Shown: positions 10,628-20,450 of the stretch, piece after piece | How positions within the stretch are numbered: the stretch's first letter is position 1 | How the letters are laid out: each line of letters starts with the position of its first letter | NCBI GenBank assembly: GCA_041178425.1 | Contig: JBEGVH010000010.1 | Coordinates: forward strand, 64,001-128,000 | Length of the DNA: 64,000 nucleotides | Reading direction: 5' to 3' | Source of the DNA: Pseudomonadota bacterium | GTDB lineage: Bacteria; Bdellovibrionota; Bdellovibrionia; Bdellovibrionales; Bdellovibrionaceae | Made by a program: the position numbers and the translations under genes | The notes under the pieces: model-generated | The model's input: the letters and a program-made list of their open reading frames with translations, nothing else | Database searches by the model: none | Told to the model about the DNA's origin: nothing

Positions 10628-11510
10628 GAAAAGAGCCATTATCGAACTCATTCTCGCAGATCTTTTTTGGGGTTTTTCCTTCGTTGCCATTCCTATGGCG
10701 CAAGAGCTATGGACCAGCTCGCAAATAACTTTTTTGCGATTTGCTGGTTCTTCGATTGTCGGTGTTATTTATTTTATTCTTTTGCAAGCAGAGCGACCCA
10801 CGCGCAAAGAACTCTTTTTAGGTTTAGGCCCGGGCCTTATGTTTGTTTTAACGATTTTTTTTCAAACTTTGGGCCTTGAATACACGACCCCATCGAAAAG
10901 TAGTTTTATTACTGTACTCTACGTTCTCATTGTTCCAATGATTGAATCTAAGGTACTTAAGAGACCCCTTGGAACCTCTTTTTGGATGTTTCTGCTGGGC
11001 TCGCTCGTCGGTTTATCACTCCTTTTAAAATTACAATTTAACGATTGGAATTGGGGAGATTCAATCACTCTTATTTGCGCCCTATCAGCCAGTTGGCATA
11101 TTCACCAAGTTGGTCACTTGTCGAAGATCTTCACGAATCCAATTAAATTTAATTTTATTCAGTGTTTCTGGGCCGCTGTCTTTATTTCACCACTGAGCCT
11201 ATCTGAAACAAAGTCATGGATACCCGCATCCCCCAAGATTGCAGGGATTTTTAGTCTACTTATGATTATTTTTGGCGCGACGATAGTGGCTTTTGCAATT
11301 CAGGTGCGGGCCCAGAGAACTCTCTCTTTATCTACAAGCGCTACTCTGTTTTTATTAGAGTCACCATTTGCGATGATTTTCTCTTGGCTTGTTTTGAAAG
11401 AACAAATAACTCTCGTTCAGATTACAGGCGCTGCCGTTATTTTTATCTGCTGTTATGGAGCTATCAGAACAGTGGGAGACAAAGTTGCCTTGCAGGATCT
11501 ACCTAAGTAG
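10620..11510 (+). CDS. DMT/EamA family transporter
   Basis: About 10 TM helices with FWGFSF, QTLGLEYTTPSKSSFIT and ESPFA EamA motifs. Confidence 0.88.
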   Translation: MTKKRAIIELILADLFWGFSFVAIPMAQELWTSSQITFLRFAGSSIVGVIYFILLQAERPTRKELFLGLGPGLMFVLTIFFQTLGLEYTTPSKSSFITVLYVLIVPMIESKVLKRPLGTSFWMFLLGSLVGLSLLLKLQFNDWNWGDSITLICALSASWHIHQVGHLSKIFTNPIKFNFIQCFWAAVFISPLSLSETKSWIPASPKIAGIFSLLMIIFGATIVAFAIQVRAQRTLSLSTSATLFLLESPFAMIFSWLVLKEQITLVQITGAAVIFICCYGAIRTVGDKVALQDLPK

Positions 11511-11515
11511 AGCCT

Positions 11516-12886
11516 TTACGCGGCAACCTTCGTGTTAAGCATTACTCTATTTCTACCGCTTCTTTTGGCTTCATATAATGCCTCATCCGCATTCCCAATC
11601 AGATCGGTAGGAGTTTTACCATGATTAGGGAAAACGCTTAAACCAATACTCGCAGTAATTTTGAGTGGTTTTTCAAGCCCTGGCGCTGGTATGACCATAC
11701 TCTCAATCGCAGCTCTCAACCGCTCGCCAATAGATTGCAATGTCGGCTCATCGAGATTGGGAACTATTATTGCGAACTCTTCGCCACCATATCTTGCGGG
11801 GACGTCGGTCGATCGACAAAATGCTTTAAGACACTGTGCCATCGCTTTTAGAACAATATCACCAACGAGGTGACCGTAGGTATCATTCACTTTCTTAAAG
11901 TGATCGACATCTAACAACATCAACCCAAGGGTTTTTTTACGCTCACCGTGCTCTCTTAGTTCATTCTCCAGACGAACTTTAAAATAACGGTGATTATAAA
12001 GCTCTGTCATTTCGTCGGTCATGGCTTTCTTAAATAATTCACGGTTATCCATCGAAAAGCTCAGCGGCTCGCAGATGGTCTCCAAAAGATTTTCATCTTC
12101 GTAAAGAAACTCAGCCTTTTTAGCAAAAACAAAGAACTTCTGTCGCTCAGAGTCGTCGAGGTAACGGAAGCTCAACCAACTGTACCCACCGACAGTCTGA
12201 TAAGATAGTTCATTGCCCAAAAGGGGTTCCTTAATTAACTCTGATAGATCTCTAATACCACGATGATCTAAATTTCCATTGTCGGAGTAGGCAAGTAGGC
12301 TCGGCTGGGCCCCAGGCTCATCCTGTTTTAAGTAAAGAGCCAAATCCATTTTTAAAATACCAGTTAAATGGCTGAAGAGATTTCTCAACATCACCAAGGG
12401 GTCATCAAAAGTGGTTGTGCGCTCGAGCACATCACGAATAAGAGAAATCTGAAAAAGATGCTGATCGAGAGCCTTAATAGTCTCTTCTTTTTTTTCTAGC
12501 TCTTGATGATATTTTCGATTGAGTACTTCTTCGAGCGATACGTCTTTAAAGTAAAGAATGACTTTATAACTACCAGTGTTCTCACGTACACTTTTCCAAG
12601 TGACCTGCATTCGCCCTTCACGGGTCTTCGTTCGAAAAGGAACTTCTCTGACTGGAGATTCAAGCGATGTTCTCGTTGCTGACTTTACTCGATCCCAGTC
12701 GAATTCTTCAATTTGAAGCAGTTCAAAAACCTTTTTCTTACGAATACTTGCCAAAGAGGTTTCTTCTACGAGATTTGCAAAACTCGGATTAAAATAAACA
12801 GCCTGTAGATCTTCATTGACAATGCAGATTGCATCTACAAAGTTATCGAAAACATCGGGTCTTAGATCAAACTTCACAAAAACCAC
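11516..12886 (-). CDS. Diguanylate cyclase (PAS-like N-terminus, GGEEF domain)
   Basis: TDEMTELYNHR, DVDHFKKVNDTYGHLVGD, RSTD inhibitory site, RYGGEEF, ADEALYEAKRSGRN. Confidence 0.92.
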   Translation of the reverse strand: MVFVKFDLRPDVFDNFVDAICIVNEDLQAVYFNPSFANLVEETSLASIRKKKVFELLQIEEFDWDRVKSATRTSLESPVREVPFRTKTREGRMQVTWKSVRENTGSYKVILYFKDVSLEEVLNRKYHQELEKKEETIKALDQHLFQISLIRDVLERTTTFDDPLVMLRNLFSHLTGILKMDLALYLKQDEPGAQPSLLAYSDNGNLDHRGIRDLSELIKEPLLGNELSYQTVGGYSWLSFRYLDDSERQKFFVFAKKAEFLYEDENLLETICEPLSFSMDNRELFKKAMTDEMTELYNHRYFKVRLENELREHGERKKTLGLMLLDVDHFKKVNDTYGHLVGDIVLKAMAQCLKAFCRSTDVPARYGGEEFAIIVPNLDEPTLQSIGERLRAAIESMVIPAPGLEKPLKITASIGLSVFPNHGKTPTDLIGNADEALYEAKRSGRNRVMLNTKVAA

Positions 12887-12901
12887 CTTACAGTTGTTTT
12901 A

Positions 12902-12929
12902 CTATCGGTAGTTAAAAATTAAAACTCAA
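12902..12929 (-). promoter_or_regulatory. Candidate sigma28 (FliA)-type promoter for the diguanylate cyclase
   Basis: Minus strand reads TTGAG-N15-ACCGATAG, close to TAAAG...GCCGATAA, just upstream of the start codon. Confidence 0.45.
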
Positions 12930-13015
12930 TGGAAGAGCAGGAAAACTAGACCTGGTTTATCTTTCTTAACTGGGGGGATGTCTGTCTTGGCATTCGCCTG
13001 GCCTTAGCTCCAGAT

Positions 13016-14815
13016 TTAACTGGCAGCGTTTTGTCGCTGATTCAAAGCAATACCGGCCGTATTGAACCAATCGACCACACTCGGGTTTAACTCATTTACG
13101 AAAGGCACAATGATATCAAACGTTGTACCCATTCCTACTTTCGACTTTACTGAAAGGCTTCCACCCATGCTTTCAATGTGCTTTAACACGGCTGTTAAAC
13201 CAACGCCTCGTCCAGAAGTTACAGTCGCACTCGATCGAGTTGAAAAGCCCTGATCAAAAATGTGCATAATAACTTGGTCGTCGGACTCATGGGCAGTCTC
13301 AATTCCTCTTTCGGCTAACTTATTCCTAATAGCCTCTGGGTTGATACCGCGACCATCGTCACTAATCGAAATATGAATATTTTGTGTTTTATCTCGCATG
13401 CTTTCGAAAACGGCTAACTGAATAACAATCTTCGCCTGAGGTTCTTTATCAAACGCAACTCTCTCTTCAGACGTCTCGATCCCGTGATCAATAATATTAT
13501 TAAAGATGTGAACCATTTGCTCGAACAGCGCGCTATAAAATTCGGGAATGACCTTAATTTTATGAGTATCAATCACTTTGAATTCGACAGGCTTATCCTG
13601 ACTCAACGACTGCGAATATATACTGGCCTCAATGGGAGCAAAAAGACTTGCAAACGGAACGGCAACAATTTCGTCGACATAGTACTTTAATAAGTCTGTA
13701 AGGCCCATCTTGAGGAGTTCAGCACAAAACTTGTAGATGTTATTTGTAGGAATTTCTTTTGTAATTGATTCTTTGCCTTCGAAATTAAAGATTCTTTTAT
13801 GTTTTTGTAAAAACTCATCCAAAGAAACCTGCATCTCTTGCCCAAGAAAATGAATTAAATTTTCACTCTCAACCAAGTTGCTATTATTCTTACAGTAAGT
13901 GAGTATTTCATCTTCGGTTTGATGAATCTTATATCCAAGAGCATACATAGAAAGCGTGTTCAGCCCACCCTTTAGAGTGTGCAACTGACGAGTGAGATCT
14001 TCGAATTGGGCCCTCATGTCTTCTTGGCTAAAAACCCACGATTTCATTGAGTCTGTTGTCTCACGGTACATTTGAATCATTCGACTAAAATTCGACTTGC
14101 TATTCAGGTACTTTATCACCATGTCAGTAAAAAGCTTTTGTTCCCCAAGCTTACGCTCAGCCTCAGCTTTTTCCGATACGTCGATAAGTATGACCACCAG
14201 TTCTATGACTTTATTATCATCTGGGTTTCGAATTGGCTTGTATTTAATTTCAATTTTTTGATTTTCATGATTCTCATCTTTTGCAGACGGAAGAATTTTT
14301 GGAGCCAGATCAATAAGATCGTCGAATGGAATTATCTCTTCGAAAACCATGTTCATCCACTCGCTAAAAGATTCTTTTTCGTCTGAGGGAATATTTAATA
14401 TATCACTCAAATGCTCGCCTACGGGTTCTCTACCCAAAAAGTTTTTGGCGGCTAAAGATACAACCTGACCACACTTTCCAGCCTTATCGATGACAAGAAA
14501 CCCTTCATCGAGGCTGTTCACCATTGCCGTAATTGCGTTGTTTATGAAGCGAAATCTTTCATTCGCTTCATAAAGTTCTTTTGTCGAAACCTCTAAACTC
14601 CTATTAGCCAATTCCAGCATGGTTTCGTTCTGTGAAAACGAATTGTCAATGCTGTCAAGAAAAGCCCCGAATTGAGAAAATCTCTCAGCCCAGACGGATC
14701 CATCATTGATGGCTGTCCCGGCTTTAAGAGTTTCAACAACCCCGAGGAGTTCACTTTCGAATTCCTCGGTGCCTAGGGTCTTCTTAATTTGTCTTTGGAG
14801 TTTCTTACTTCGCAT
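13016..14815 (-). CDS. CheA-like histidine kinase (FIST-partner N-terminus, PAS-like, Hpt, HATPase; no CheW/P5 domain)
   Basis: N-terminal KLQRQIKK...RSLEVSTKEL, Hpt LHTLKG, NIIDHGIE, DDGRGI, GFST...SGRGVGL. The protein ends shortly after the HATPase domain. Confidence 0.82.
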   Translation of the reverse strand: MRSKKLQRQIKKTLGTEEFESELLGVVETLKAGTAINDGSVWAERFSQFGAFLDSIDNSFSQNETMLELANRSLEVSTKELYEANERFRFINNAITAMVNSLDEGFLVIDKAGKCGQVVSLAAKNFLGREPVGEHLSDILNIPSDEKESFSEWMNMVFEEIIPFDDLIDLAPKILPSAKDENHENQKIEIKYKPIRNPDDNKVIELVVILIDVSEKAEAERKLGEQKLFTDMVIKYLNSKSNFSRMIQMYRETTDSMKSWVFSQEDMRAQFEDLTRQLHTLKGGLNTLSMYALGYKIHQTEDEILTYCKNNSNLVESENLIHFLGQEMQVSLDEFLQKHKRIFNFEGKESITKEIPTNNIYKFCAELLKMGLTDLLKYYVDEIVAVPFASLFAPIEASIYSQSLSQDKPVEFKVIDTHKIKVIPEFYSALFEQMVHIFNNIIDHGIETSEERVAFDKEPQAKIVIQLAVFESMRDKTQNIHISISDDGRGINPEAIRNKLAERGIETAHESDDQVIMHIFDQGFSTRSSATVTSGRGVGLTAVLKHIESMGGSLSVKSKVGMGTTFDIIVPFVNELNPSVVDWFNTAGIALNQRQNAAS

Positions 14816-15963
14816 TAATCCATCTCTGTGTAATAGCTTACTGTCATTGTTTGATTGTGCAGTTTACAGTCTGAGACGAAACCAAATGGGCAAATTTCGC
14901 CGTAAGAGTAAAAGCCAGTTACTGTTCCTTTTTGCATAACAGCTTGAACAGCATCCACTTCTTCCTCGATATCATCTGCCATGACTAGTTTGCGCCCCAC
15001 ACAGCTAACAAGAATTGCAAACGCATCTTGAGGCTTGCCGTCGCCCATGCTGCTTAACGCCCACTGAGCTGCACCCGAAGCTCCGTTGACCAGATTGGCC
15101 GTTTTAGCGCTCATCAAACGAACTATGCTGTTCTCTGGCATATCGCCCGCAAAAGTGAGTGAACCTTCTTTTTCGTCAACAGCCAGAATTGTTCTGATAA
15201 GACCAGTTTGGTCACCATTTTCTTTCAAGATCGCAAATGGGAACAGCAATCCTGAAGCAGGAAGACCCTTCGCGTGGTCACCGAGGTATTTTTTGTAAAG
15301 CTCCAAAGCTGGTTCTCCATCTAAGGTGTAAAGAACATTAGCTTTAGACTTTGTCACACGACGAACTGGTCCAAACGGCTCCCAGCCCCCCATTGATCCA
15401 AAACCAATTTTCACGGCGTTGTCATAAAAACCAATTCCAGCCGCAATGTTTGATCCTACTTTTTCATTACAAAGAACATATGTTTTTTGGAAGGCTCCCG
15501 CGTCGCCAGCAAGTCCACCAGTGATGACTGTTTCGCTGCTCACTTGAGATTTAATGCCCGCGATGAAATCGCTACCATTAACATTAACACCCTGAGAAAG
15601 AACAAATACGCCATTGAGACCTTGTTTAGAAAGGCTACTTGCTAGTTGGCTTCCAGAGTTTCTTGAACCTTCAGCTCCAGTGATTTCGCACCATGCAGCA
15701 CGAATATTTGGTCGCTTAAGATTAACACCTGTCACAACCAATCGGTTGTCATGAACCCCATCATTACCAATTTCTCCGGCTGTAGAACAACCAATAATTT
15801 CCGCCTTAGGAAAAATGGCTTTCAAACGTTGTCCCAAAGATCCATCTTCAAAGTAAGATGGATGACCAAACACTGTAATCCAGCTTGGTTGCTCCGCTTG
15901 AACTTTACTGAGGTCGGCTGCCGTAAAGTCTTTTTTAGTTAGTGTAACCTGACATGTCTTCAT
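14815..15963 (-). CDS. FIST N/C domain sensor protein (NosP-like)
   Basis: IIGCSTAGEI, GGLAGD, GWEPFG, SCVGRKLV, GFYSYGEI, LHNQTMT. AAGGAGG RBS before ATG 15963. Confidence 0.9.
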   Translation of the reverse strand: MKTCQVTLTKKDFTAADLSKVQAEQPSWITVFGHPSYFEDGSLGQRLKAIFPKAEIIGCSTAGEIGNDGVHDNRLVVTGVNLKRPNIRAAWCEITGAEGSRNSGSQLASSLSKQGLNGVFVLSQGVNVNGSDFIAGIKSQVSSETVITGGLAGDAGAFQKTYVLCNEKVGSNIAAGIGFYDNAVKIGFGSMGGWEPFGPVRRVTKSKANVLYTLDGEPALELYKKYLGDHAKGLPASGLLFPFAILKENGDQTGLIRTILAVDEKEGSLTFAGDMPENSIVRLMSAKTANLVNGASGAAQWALSSMGDGKPQDAFAILVSCVGRKLVMADDIEEEVDAVQAVMQKGTVTGFYSYGEICPFGFVSDCKLHNQTMTVSYYTEMD

Positions 15964-15979
15964 CAAATCCTCCTTGGAT

Positions 15980-16489
15980 CTATCGTTTATGTAAAACTAA
16001 TTCAACAATCGCTTCATCGCCATCAAGGTCATAGTTCATTATGAGTTTTTGGCCGCTTAAAGCGTTAACAACTACGTGGTTCTCGCCGATTATTACAACC
16101 GGTAAGCACATTTGGTAATGGTACCCCTGAAGATTCAAATCTTCTTTGGCAATACCATGAATGACATTGGCCAATTCAGCCACGCCGCCAATAACTCTGT
16201 TATCAACGACTGAAAGTTCGTCTCCATAGACACGACTTAAAAGTCGCAATACGGATTCTTGACGAAATCGAATGGCAAGAGTGCCCTCAACCTTATCTTG
16301 AATGAATGCTATAATCCCTGAAATTTCAAATCGATCGCTGATATTTTTATCGGACCGTTCGACATGCTTTAAAATAGGATTGAACCCCATAAACGAGCTG
16401 AAAGTTTCAAGCATCGCCTTATCGATTATTTTTACCATTTCATCATCAAGATGGAGTTGAGCTTCGCTCTTTTTTCTAACAGCACTCAT
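15980..16489 (-). CDS. cheX: CheX-family chemotaxis phosphatase
   Basis: ISGIIAF...GTLAI, GVAELANVIHG (ExxN), LPVVIIG. Confidence 0.8.
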   Translation of the reverse strand: MSAVRKKSEAQLHLDDEMVKIIDKAMLETFSSFMGFNPILKHVERSDKNISDRFEISGIIAFIQDKVEGTLAIRFRQESVLRLLSRVYGDELSVVDNRVIGGVAELANVIHGIAKEDLNLQGYHYQMCLPVVIIGENHVVVNALSGQKLIMNYDLDGDEAIVELVLHKR

Positions 16490-16507
16490 CGAATCGACCC
16501 TCAAATC

Positions 16508-16912
16508 CTAAGCAGCAGACGCTGAAGTTAAAATTCGCTCGATTTTACTTGCTAACTGACGGGGTGAAAAAGGTTTGATTACATAGTCGGAAACACCCGC
16601 TTTTAAGGCCGTCACTACGCTTTTTTGCTCTCGCTCAGCGGTGATCATGATAAAGGGAATATTTTTGAAGTTCTCATCAGCTTTACATTTTTGAACAACT
16701 TCAATCCCAGTCATTTTGGGCATATTCCAGTCGAGGAATACAAGATCAAATGGTTGACCCGCCTCTTTAGCTTTAGAAATTTTATCGAGAGCATCAAGTC
16801 CATCAACAGCCTCTGTAAGATCGGTATAGCCGAGTTGCTTCAATGCTTGTTTTAACAAGGATCGTATCATTTCGAAGTCATCTACTAATAAAATTCTAAG
16901 CTGTTTACTCAT
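16508..16912 (-). CDS. cheY: CheY-like single-domain response regulator
   Basis: ILLVDD, FLDWNMPKMTG, MITAE, YVIKPF. GGAGGA RBS. Confidence 0.85.
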   Translation of the reverse strand: MSKQLRILLVDDFEMIRSLLKQALKQLGYTDLTEAVDGLDALDKISKAKEAGQPFDLVFLDWNMPKMTGIEVVQKCKADENFKNIPFIMITAEREQKSVVTALKAGVSDYVIKPFSPRQLASKIERILTSASAA

Positions 16913-17026
16913 CTATCCTCCAACCTTTAAATCAACTCTTCTCCATGTGAGCAGACTATCACAGTAGAGAGAGCAACAAAGGGCCAATTTACAAAAACCA
17001 ACCAATTGCCAGCAGGCTTTACTCCA

Positions 17027-17041
17027 GTCTTGAATCAAGAC
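17027..17041. promoter_or_regulatory. Perfect 7-1-7 palindrome GTCTTGA-A-TCAAGAC
   Basis: Seen directly in the cheY / beta-barrel divergent intergenic region. Confidence 0.5.
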
Positions 17042-17063
17042 AGTTGAAGTCTGCCGCCCCTTT

Positions 17064-17138
17064 TCTTCGGCGATTCAAAAGGAAACCTTTATAACTTTAT
17101 CAAAAAAAATATTCTTCGGACCCGTGAACATTTCTTGA
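17064..17138 (-). promoter_or_regulatory. Two tandem sigma28 (FliA)-like promoters upstream of cheY
   Basis: Minus strand: TAAAG-N15-GCCGAAGA (17091-17064) and TCAAG-N13-TCCGAAGA (17138-17113). Confidence 0.55.
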
Positions 17139-17201
17139 AACGACCCAAAACTGGCCCATCGTATAGAACTTAAACAACCAAAGAGTCTTTAATCTCAATT
17201 A

Positions 17202-17231
17202 GTCTCAATTTGAGACGGCATTCGCCGTGCA
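17202..17231 (+). promoter_or_regulatory. Palindrome GTCTCAA-T-TTGAGAC abutting a sigma54-like -24/-12 element
   Basis: Palindrome at 17202-17216, followed by GG-CATTCGCCGT-GC (GG 17217-18, GC 17229-30), about 36 nt upstream of ATG 17267. Confidence 0.45.
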
Positions 17232-17266
17232 AGGCTCTCAACTTAAGTTTTGGAGGTCGCGACTCA

Positions 17267-18301
17267 ATGACAAAAAAAGCAATTTTAGTATTTTCACTTT
17301 TGTTCAGCTCTTTGATTGCGCCCTTTTCTTTATTGCACGCTCGCGCAAAGACTAGCTCCAGTAGCCTTGCCAAAGGAGTTACGCCCATCAAAAATGGAAA
17401 AAAGAAGGGTAAACCAAGAAGACTCTACCTCGACTTTTCTGAACAAAACGACAGCCTAAGCAAGCCGACAACAACCAATGAAACTAAAGTAAGCACTCCA
17501 TTGCAGTCCTCTTCTGGCACCTATACCCGCCCTAAGACATTACAAGCAAAAACGCCAATCCAGAGGGTCGGTTTTTCAAATGATTTGCAGATTGGGTACA
17601 GCAATTCGGCCTATCGGTATGCAGGCGAAGACTATCCAGAGAGAAGTATTGGTTTCCTACTTAATCCAGTTTTGGAATCGAGTTGCTTTGATTTTACCTG
17701 CAGATACTACGTGAAAATGACAGGAGAACTGAATCTCAATGATAACTCGAAGGGTGAGATCAGTTTATTTCAGTTTGGAATAAAAATTCCTACGGAAGCA
17801 TGGCTGGGATCTTTTCGCCCAACCTATGCTTTATTTGGTGTGATTCCCACAACCAAAAGACAGCTTCAGGTAGAACAACAATTGTACGGTGTTGGAGCGA
17901 GTTTAGGTCTAACAACCACGCCCTCACTTTTTGACAATAATTTTTTAAAGTTCACTGGCGGTTTAAGCTTTAAAAAGAACGTTAATGAGTCATCTATTGA
18001 TAAAGCGCAGAGCTACGTAGGAAGGCAGTTTCTTATGACTGATTTTATGTTCTCAGAAAATTTTTATGCGGAAGTCATTTTCGGACATATTAATGGAGTC
18101 AGTTATGATGGCTCCGAAAATGAACTCATAGAGATGAGCCAATCCTTGAACTGGCAGGCCACGGAAATCTTCAGTTTTAGCATAGGCCACGGTAATACGG
18201 GCCCCATGTTTAATAATGCCAGTCACAGGCTAGACCCTTCTCTCGTGAGCATCGACAATTCGGTGCTATCGTTCGCTTTGGGAATCACAAATCAATTTTA
18301 A
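17267..18301 (+). CDS. Putative outer-membrane beta-barrel protein
   Basis: GGAGG RBS before ATG 17267, signal peptide ending ARA, disordered K/S/T-rich segment, amphipathic strands, C-terminal Phe (GITNQF). Confidence 0.65.
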   Translation: MTKKAILVFSLLFSSLIAPFSLLHARAKTSSSSLAKGVTPIKNGKKKGKPRRLYLDFSEQNDSLSKPTTTNETKVSTPLQSSSGTYTRPKTLQAKTPIQRVGFSNDLQIGYSNSAYRYAGEDYPERSIGFLLNPVLESSCFDFTCRYYVKMTGELNLNDNSKGEISLFQFGIKIPTEAWLGSFRPTYALFGVIPTTKRQLQVEQQLYGVGASLGLTTTPSLFDNNFLKFTGGLSFKKNVNESSIDKAQSYVGRQFLMTDFMFSENFYAEVIFGHINGVSYDGSENELIEMSQSLNWQATEIFSFSIGHGNTGPMFNNASHRLDPSLVSIDNSVLSFALGITNQF

Positions 18302-18407
18302 ACGGCTTAGACCGCGTTATATCATCTTGATACGCTTTCTTTAATGTACTTTAGCTCTGAACTATTGAGGACTATGATAGGGAAAACGGAAATCCGGGGG
18401 TTTTTCT

Positions 18408-18824
18408 ATGTTTAAAGCATTGTGTTTTTTGTTCACTGTCGCCTTTTCATCGGTTCTCATCGCGGGTTCCGATCAAGCCGTAGATGATGCTATGAGGGAC
18501 ACTCAGGATTTGTTAAAGGACCAAAGCAAGAGGCAAGAATTGTTTAAAAAGGATTCCCGAGCACGATCAGCCGACGATAAGGTACAATCCTTAACCGGAG
18601 GAGATGCGTCTCAATCTCAACAAATATACAATATTTCCTCTGATGCCTTTAGTGCGGTAATGCAAGGTGTAGGCAATGATCCAAACAAAATGATGGAACT
18701 TCTTCAAAAGGCTCAAGGTAACCCTGAGGCTTTTTACAATAGCCTTCCACCGGACATAAAAGACAAGATTCGCGGAGTCGCTAGCGATATTGAAAAGAAA
18801 GGGGCTGCCAAGAACTCGCCCTAA
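18408..18824 (+). CDS. Secreted helical hypothetical protein
   Basis: Signal peptide and an all-helical mature region (DPNKMMELLQKAQGNPEAFYNSLP). Confidence 0.65.
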   Translation: MFKALCFLFTVAFSSVLIAGSDQAVDDAMRDTQDLLKDQSKRQELFKKDSRARSADDKVQSLTGGDASQSQQIYNISSDAFSAVMQGVGNDPNKMMELLQKAQGNPEAFYNSLPPDIKDKIRGVASDIEKKGAAKNSP

Positions 18825-19057
18825 GAGTGAGACTTTTCACCCTACCTCTAAAGCGTTGTAGTTCTCGTCTTTTGGAATTCACTTTAAAGTTTTCTTCACA
18901 AAACTTTGTCGTCGTACAAATTTATGGACCACCTTTGGATTTTTTTCCTTATGTGTGGTTTCGTGTCAATAATCACTAAAAACCGTTTGCCTACATCTAA
19001 AAACTGACTATTTTCTATTAGGGTCAAAAGTTTTCTCTTATCCTCAAAGGAGTTGAT

Positions 19058-19648
19058 ATGCGTTTCATCGTTAATTTATCAGTTATTTTTTTCTCAGCGA
19101 TCCTTACAGTTCAAGCTAAGGCAGAGGGCATTTCTTCGCTTAAGGCGGCAGAAGTCGCTTGTCATCGCATTGAGCGATTGGTTGTACTGAAGAAAATCGA
19201 TAAGGGATTTGTTTCTAAGTTTCAAAAAATGGATTTAGAACTATTGACCGCCGGCGACCCGACCGGGGCCAAATTCGCAGTGACCTCTTTTCAAAATGCA
19301 CCGGCCGATGGATCTCCATTGAGTGTTACTCTATTTGTCGAAGGTTCAGGGAAAGTTTTAAACTATTTAGTCAATCAGGGGGGTACTGCAGGACCTAACG
19401 TCGAATGGACGGGAAAAGACCCTGTTTCACTTGTTGAATCTGCTATGCACTTTGTTCTGGACGAACATGAATCGAATCATCAACTACATCCATTCGCGAT
19501 GGACTTTGAATCTTTGACGATCGAAAAGAAAACTCAAGGTGGCAAGGCATTGGCTGAGCTTTTAATGAGAGCCAAAACAACTACGAATAAATTAGTCTTA
19601 ACATTGGATTTGAACGGTAAAATTCTAAAGAATGAAATCGTTCCTTAA
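19058..19648 (+). CDS. Secreted hypothetical protein, first gene of the cytochrome cluster
   Basis: AAAGGAG RBS and signal peptide ending AKA. Overlaps or abuts the next gene. Confidence 0.7.
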   Translation: MRFIVNLSVIFFSAILTVQAKAEGISSLKAAEVACHRIERLVVLKKIDKGFVSKFQKMDLELLTAGDPTGAKFAVTSFQNAPADGSPLSVTLFVEGSGKVLNYLVNQGGTAGPNVEWTGKDPVSLVESAMHFVLDEHESNHQLHPFAMDFESLTIEKKTQGGKALAELLMRAKTTTNKLVLTLDLNGKILKNEIVP

Positions 19649-20429
19649 GGTAATGAATTCAAGAAATCTAATTTTCATTTTTATCCTTCTTGTGAGTGCC
19701 CAGTTTTTAACAACTGGGTGCTCCTATACTCGCTATAGAAATTCTAACTCAGACCCTAAAAACGGTTCTCCCATTGGTGTGAGTGAGGCCGAAGCCATCG
19801 GTTATGCCCAGGTCTACACCGAAGTCTTTGAACCCTATTGTATCGCTTGCCATCGTGGTGGAAAGTATCCTCTCAACAACTACGTCGAAACTCGAGGGCT
19901 CGCGGATCAAATTAAATCCAGTGTCTTCACACTCGGTAGCATGCCACGAGATCGCGTCTTACCGAGCAAGGAGCGTCGATTATTGCTTGCGTGGCTGGAG
20001 AATGGCCTGCCTGAGTTTGGTAAGCTTCCACCGTCTAAGCCTAAACCGCTTGAACCAACGTTTACATCCATTCGGGATAGAATCTTCAGTGTGCGCTGCG
20101 GAGAGTGTCATGTGCCTACGAGCTCATACTGCCAAAAGGCAACTGACTCACGGGCTACCAAAGTCGATCCTTTGGATGAATATCGCAATCGGGAATCTTG
20201 CCGCATTGAGCTTACGAATTATCAAGAGTTACTTTTCGGAGAGGAAGCGCAATTGAAAGAGTTTGTAATTCCAGGAAACGCAGCCGAGAGTCAACTCATC
20301 CTCGCGATAAAGGGCTCGGAAGATACAAGCCCCTCGATGCCTCCCAAAGAGGACGGTTTTGAATGGCTTTTACCAGAAGAAATTAAGGTCATCGAAGAAT
20401 GGATAAATAAGGGTGCTTTAAATAATTAG
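19632..20429 (+). CDS. Dihaem c-type cytochrome lipoprotein (planctomycete cytochrome c-like)
   Basis: Lipobox LTTG-C, CIACH and CGECH haem motifs each followed by an MP segment, IPGNAAES...MPP...EIKVIEEWINKGA. Alternative start 19653. Confidence 0.82.
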   Translation: MKSFLKVMNSRNLIFIFILLVSAQFLTTGCSYTRYRNSNSDPKNGSPIGVSEAEAIGYAQVYTEVFEPYCIACHRGGKYPLNNYVETRGLADQIKSSVFTLGSMPRDRVLPSKERRLLLAWLENGLPEFGKLPPSKPKPLEPTFTSIRDRIFSVRCGECHVPTSSYCQKATDSRATKVDPLDEYRNRESCRIELTNYQELLFGEEAQLKEFVIPGNAAESQLILAIKGSEDTSPSMPPKEDGFEWLLPEEIKVIEEWINKGALNN

Positions 20430-20450
20430 GTCTCTTTTGGGAGAATTTTT

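Noticed and set aside
12987..13004. GG-N10-GC elements on both strands near the DGC promoter
   Set aside because: Flanking bases match the sigma54 consensus poorly. The sigma28-like site is closer to the gene and fits better.
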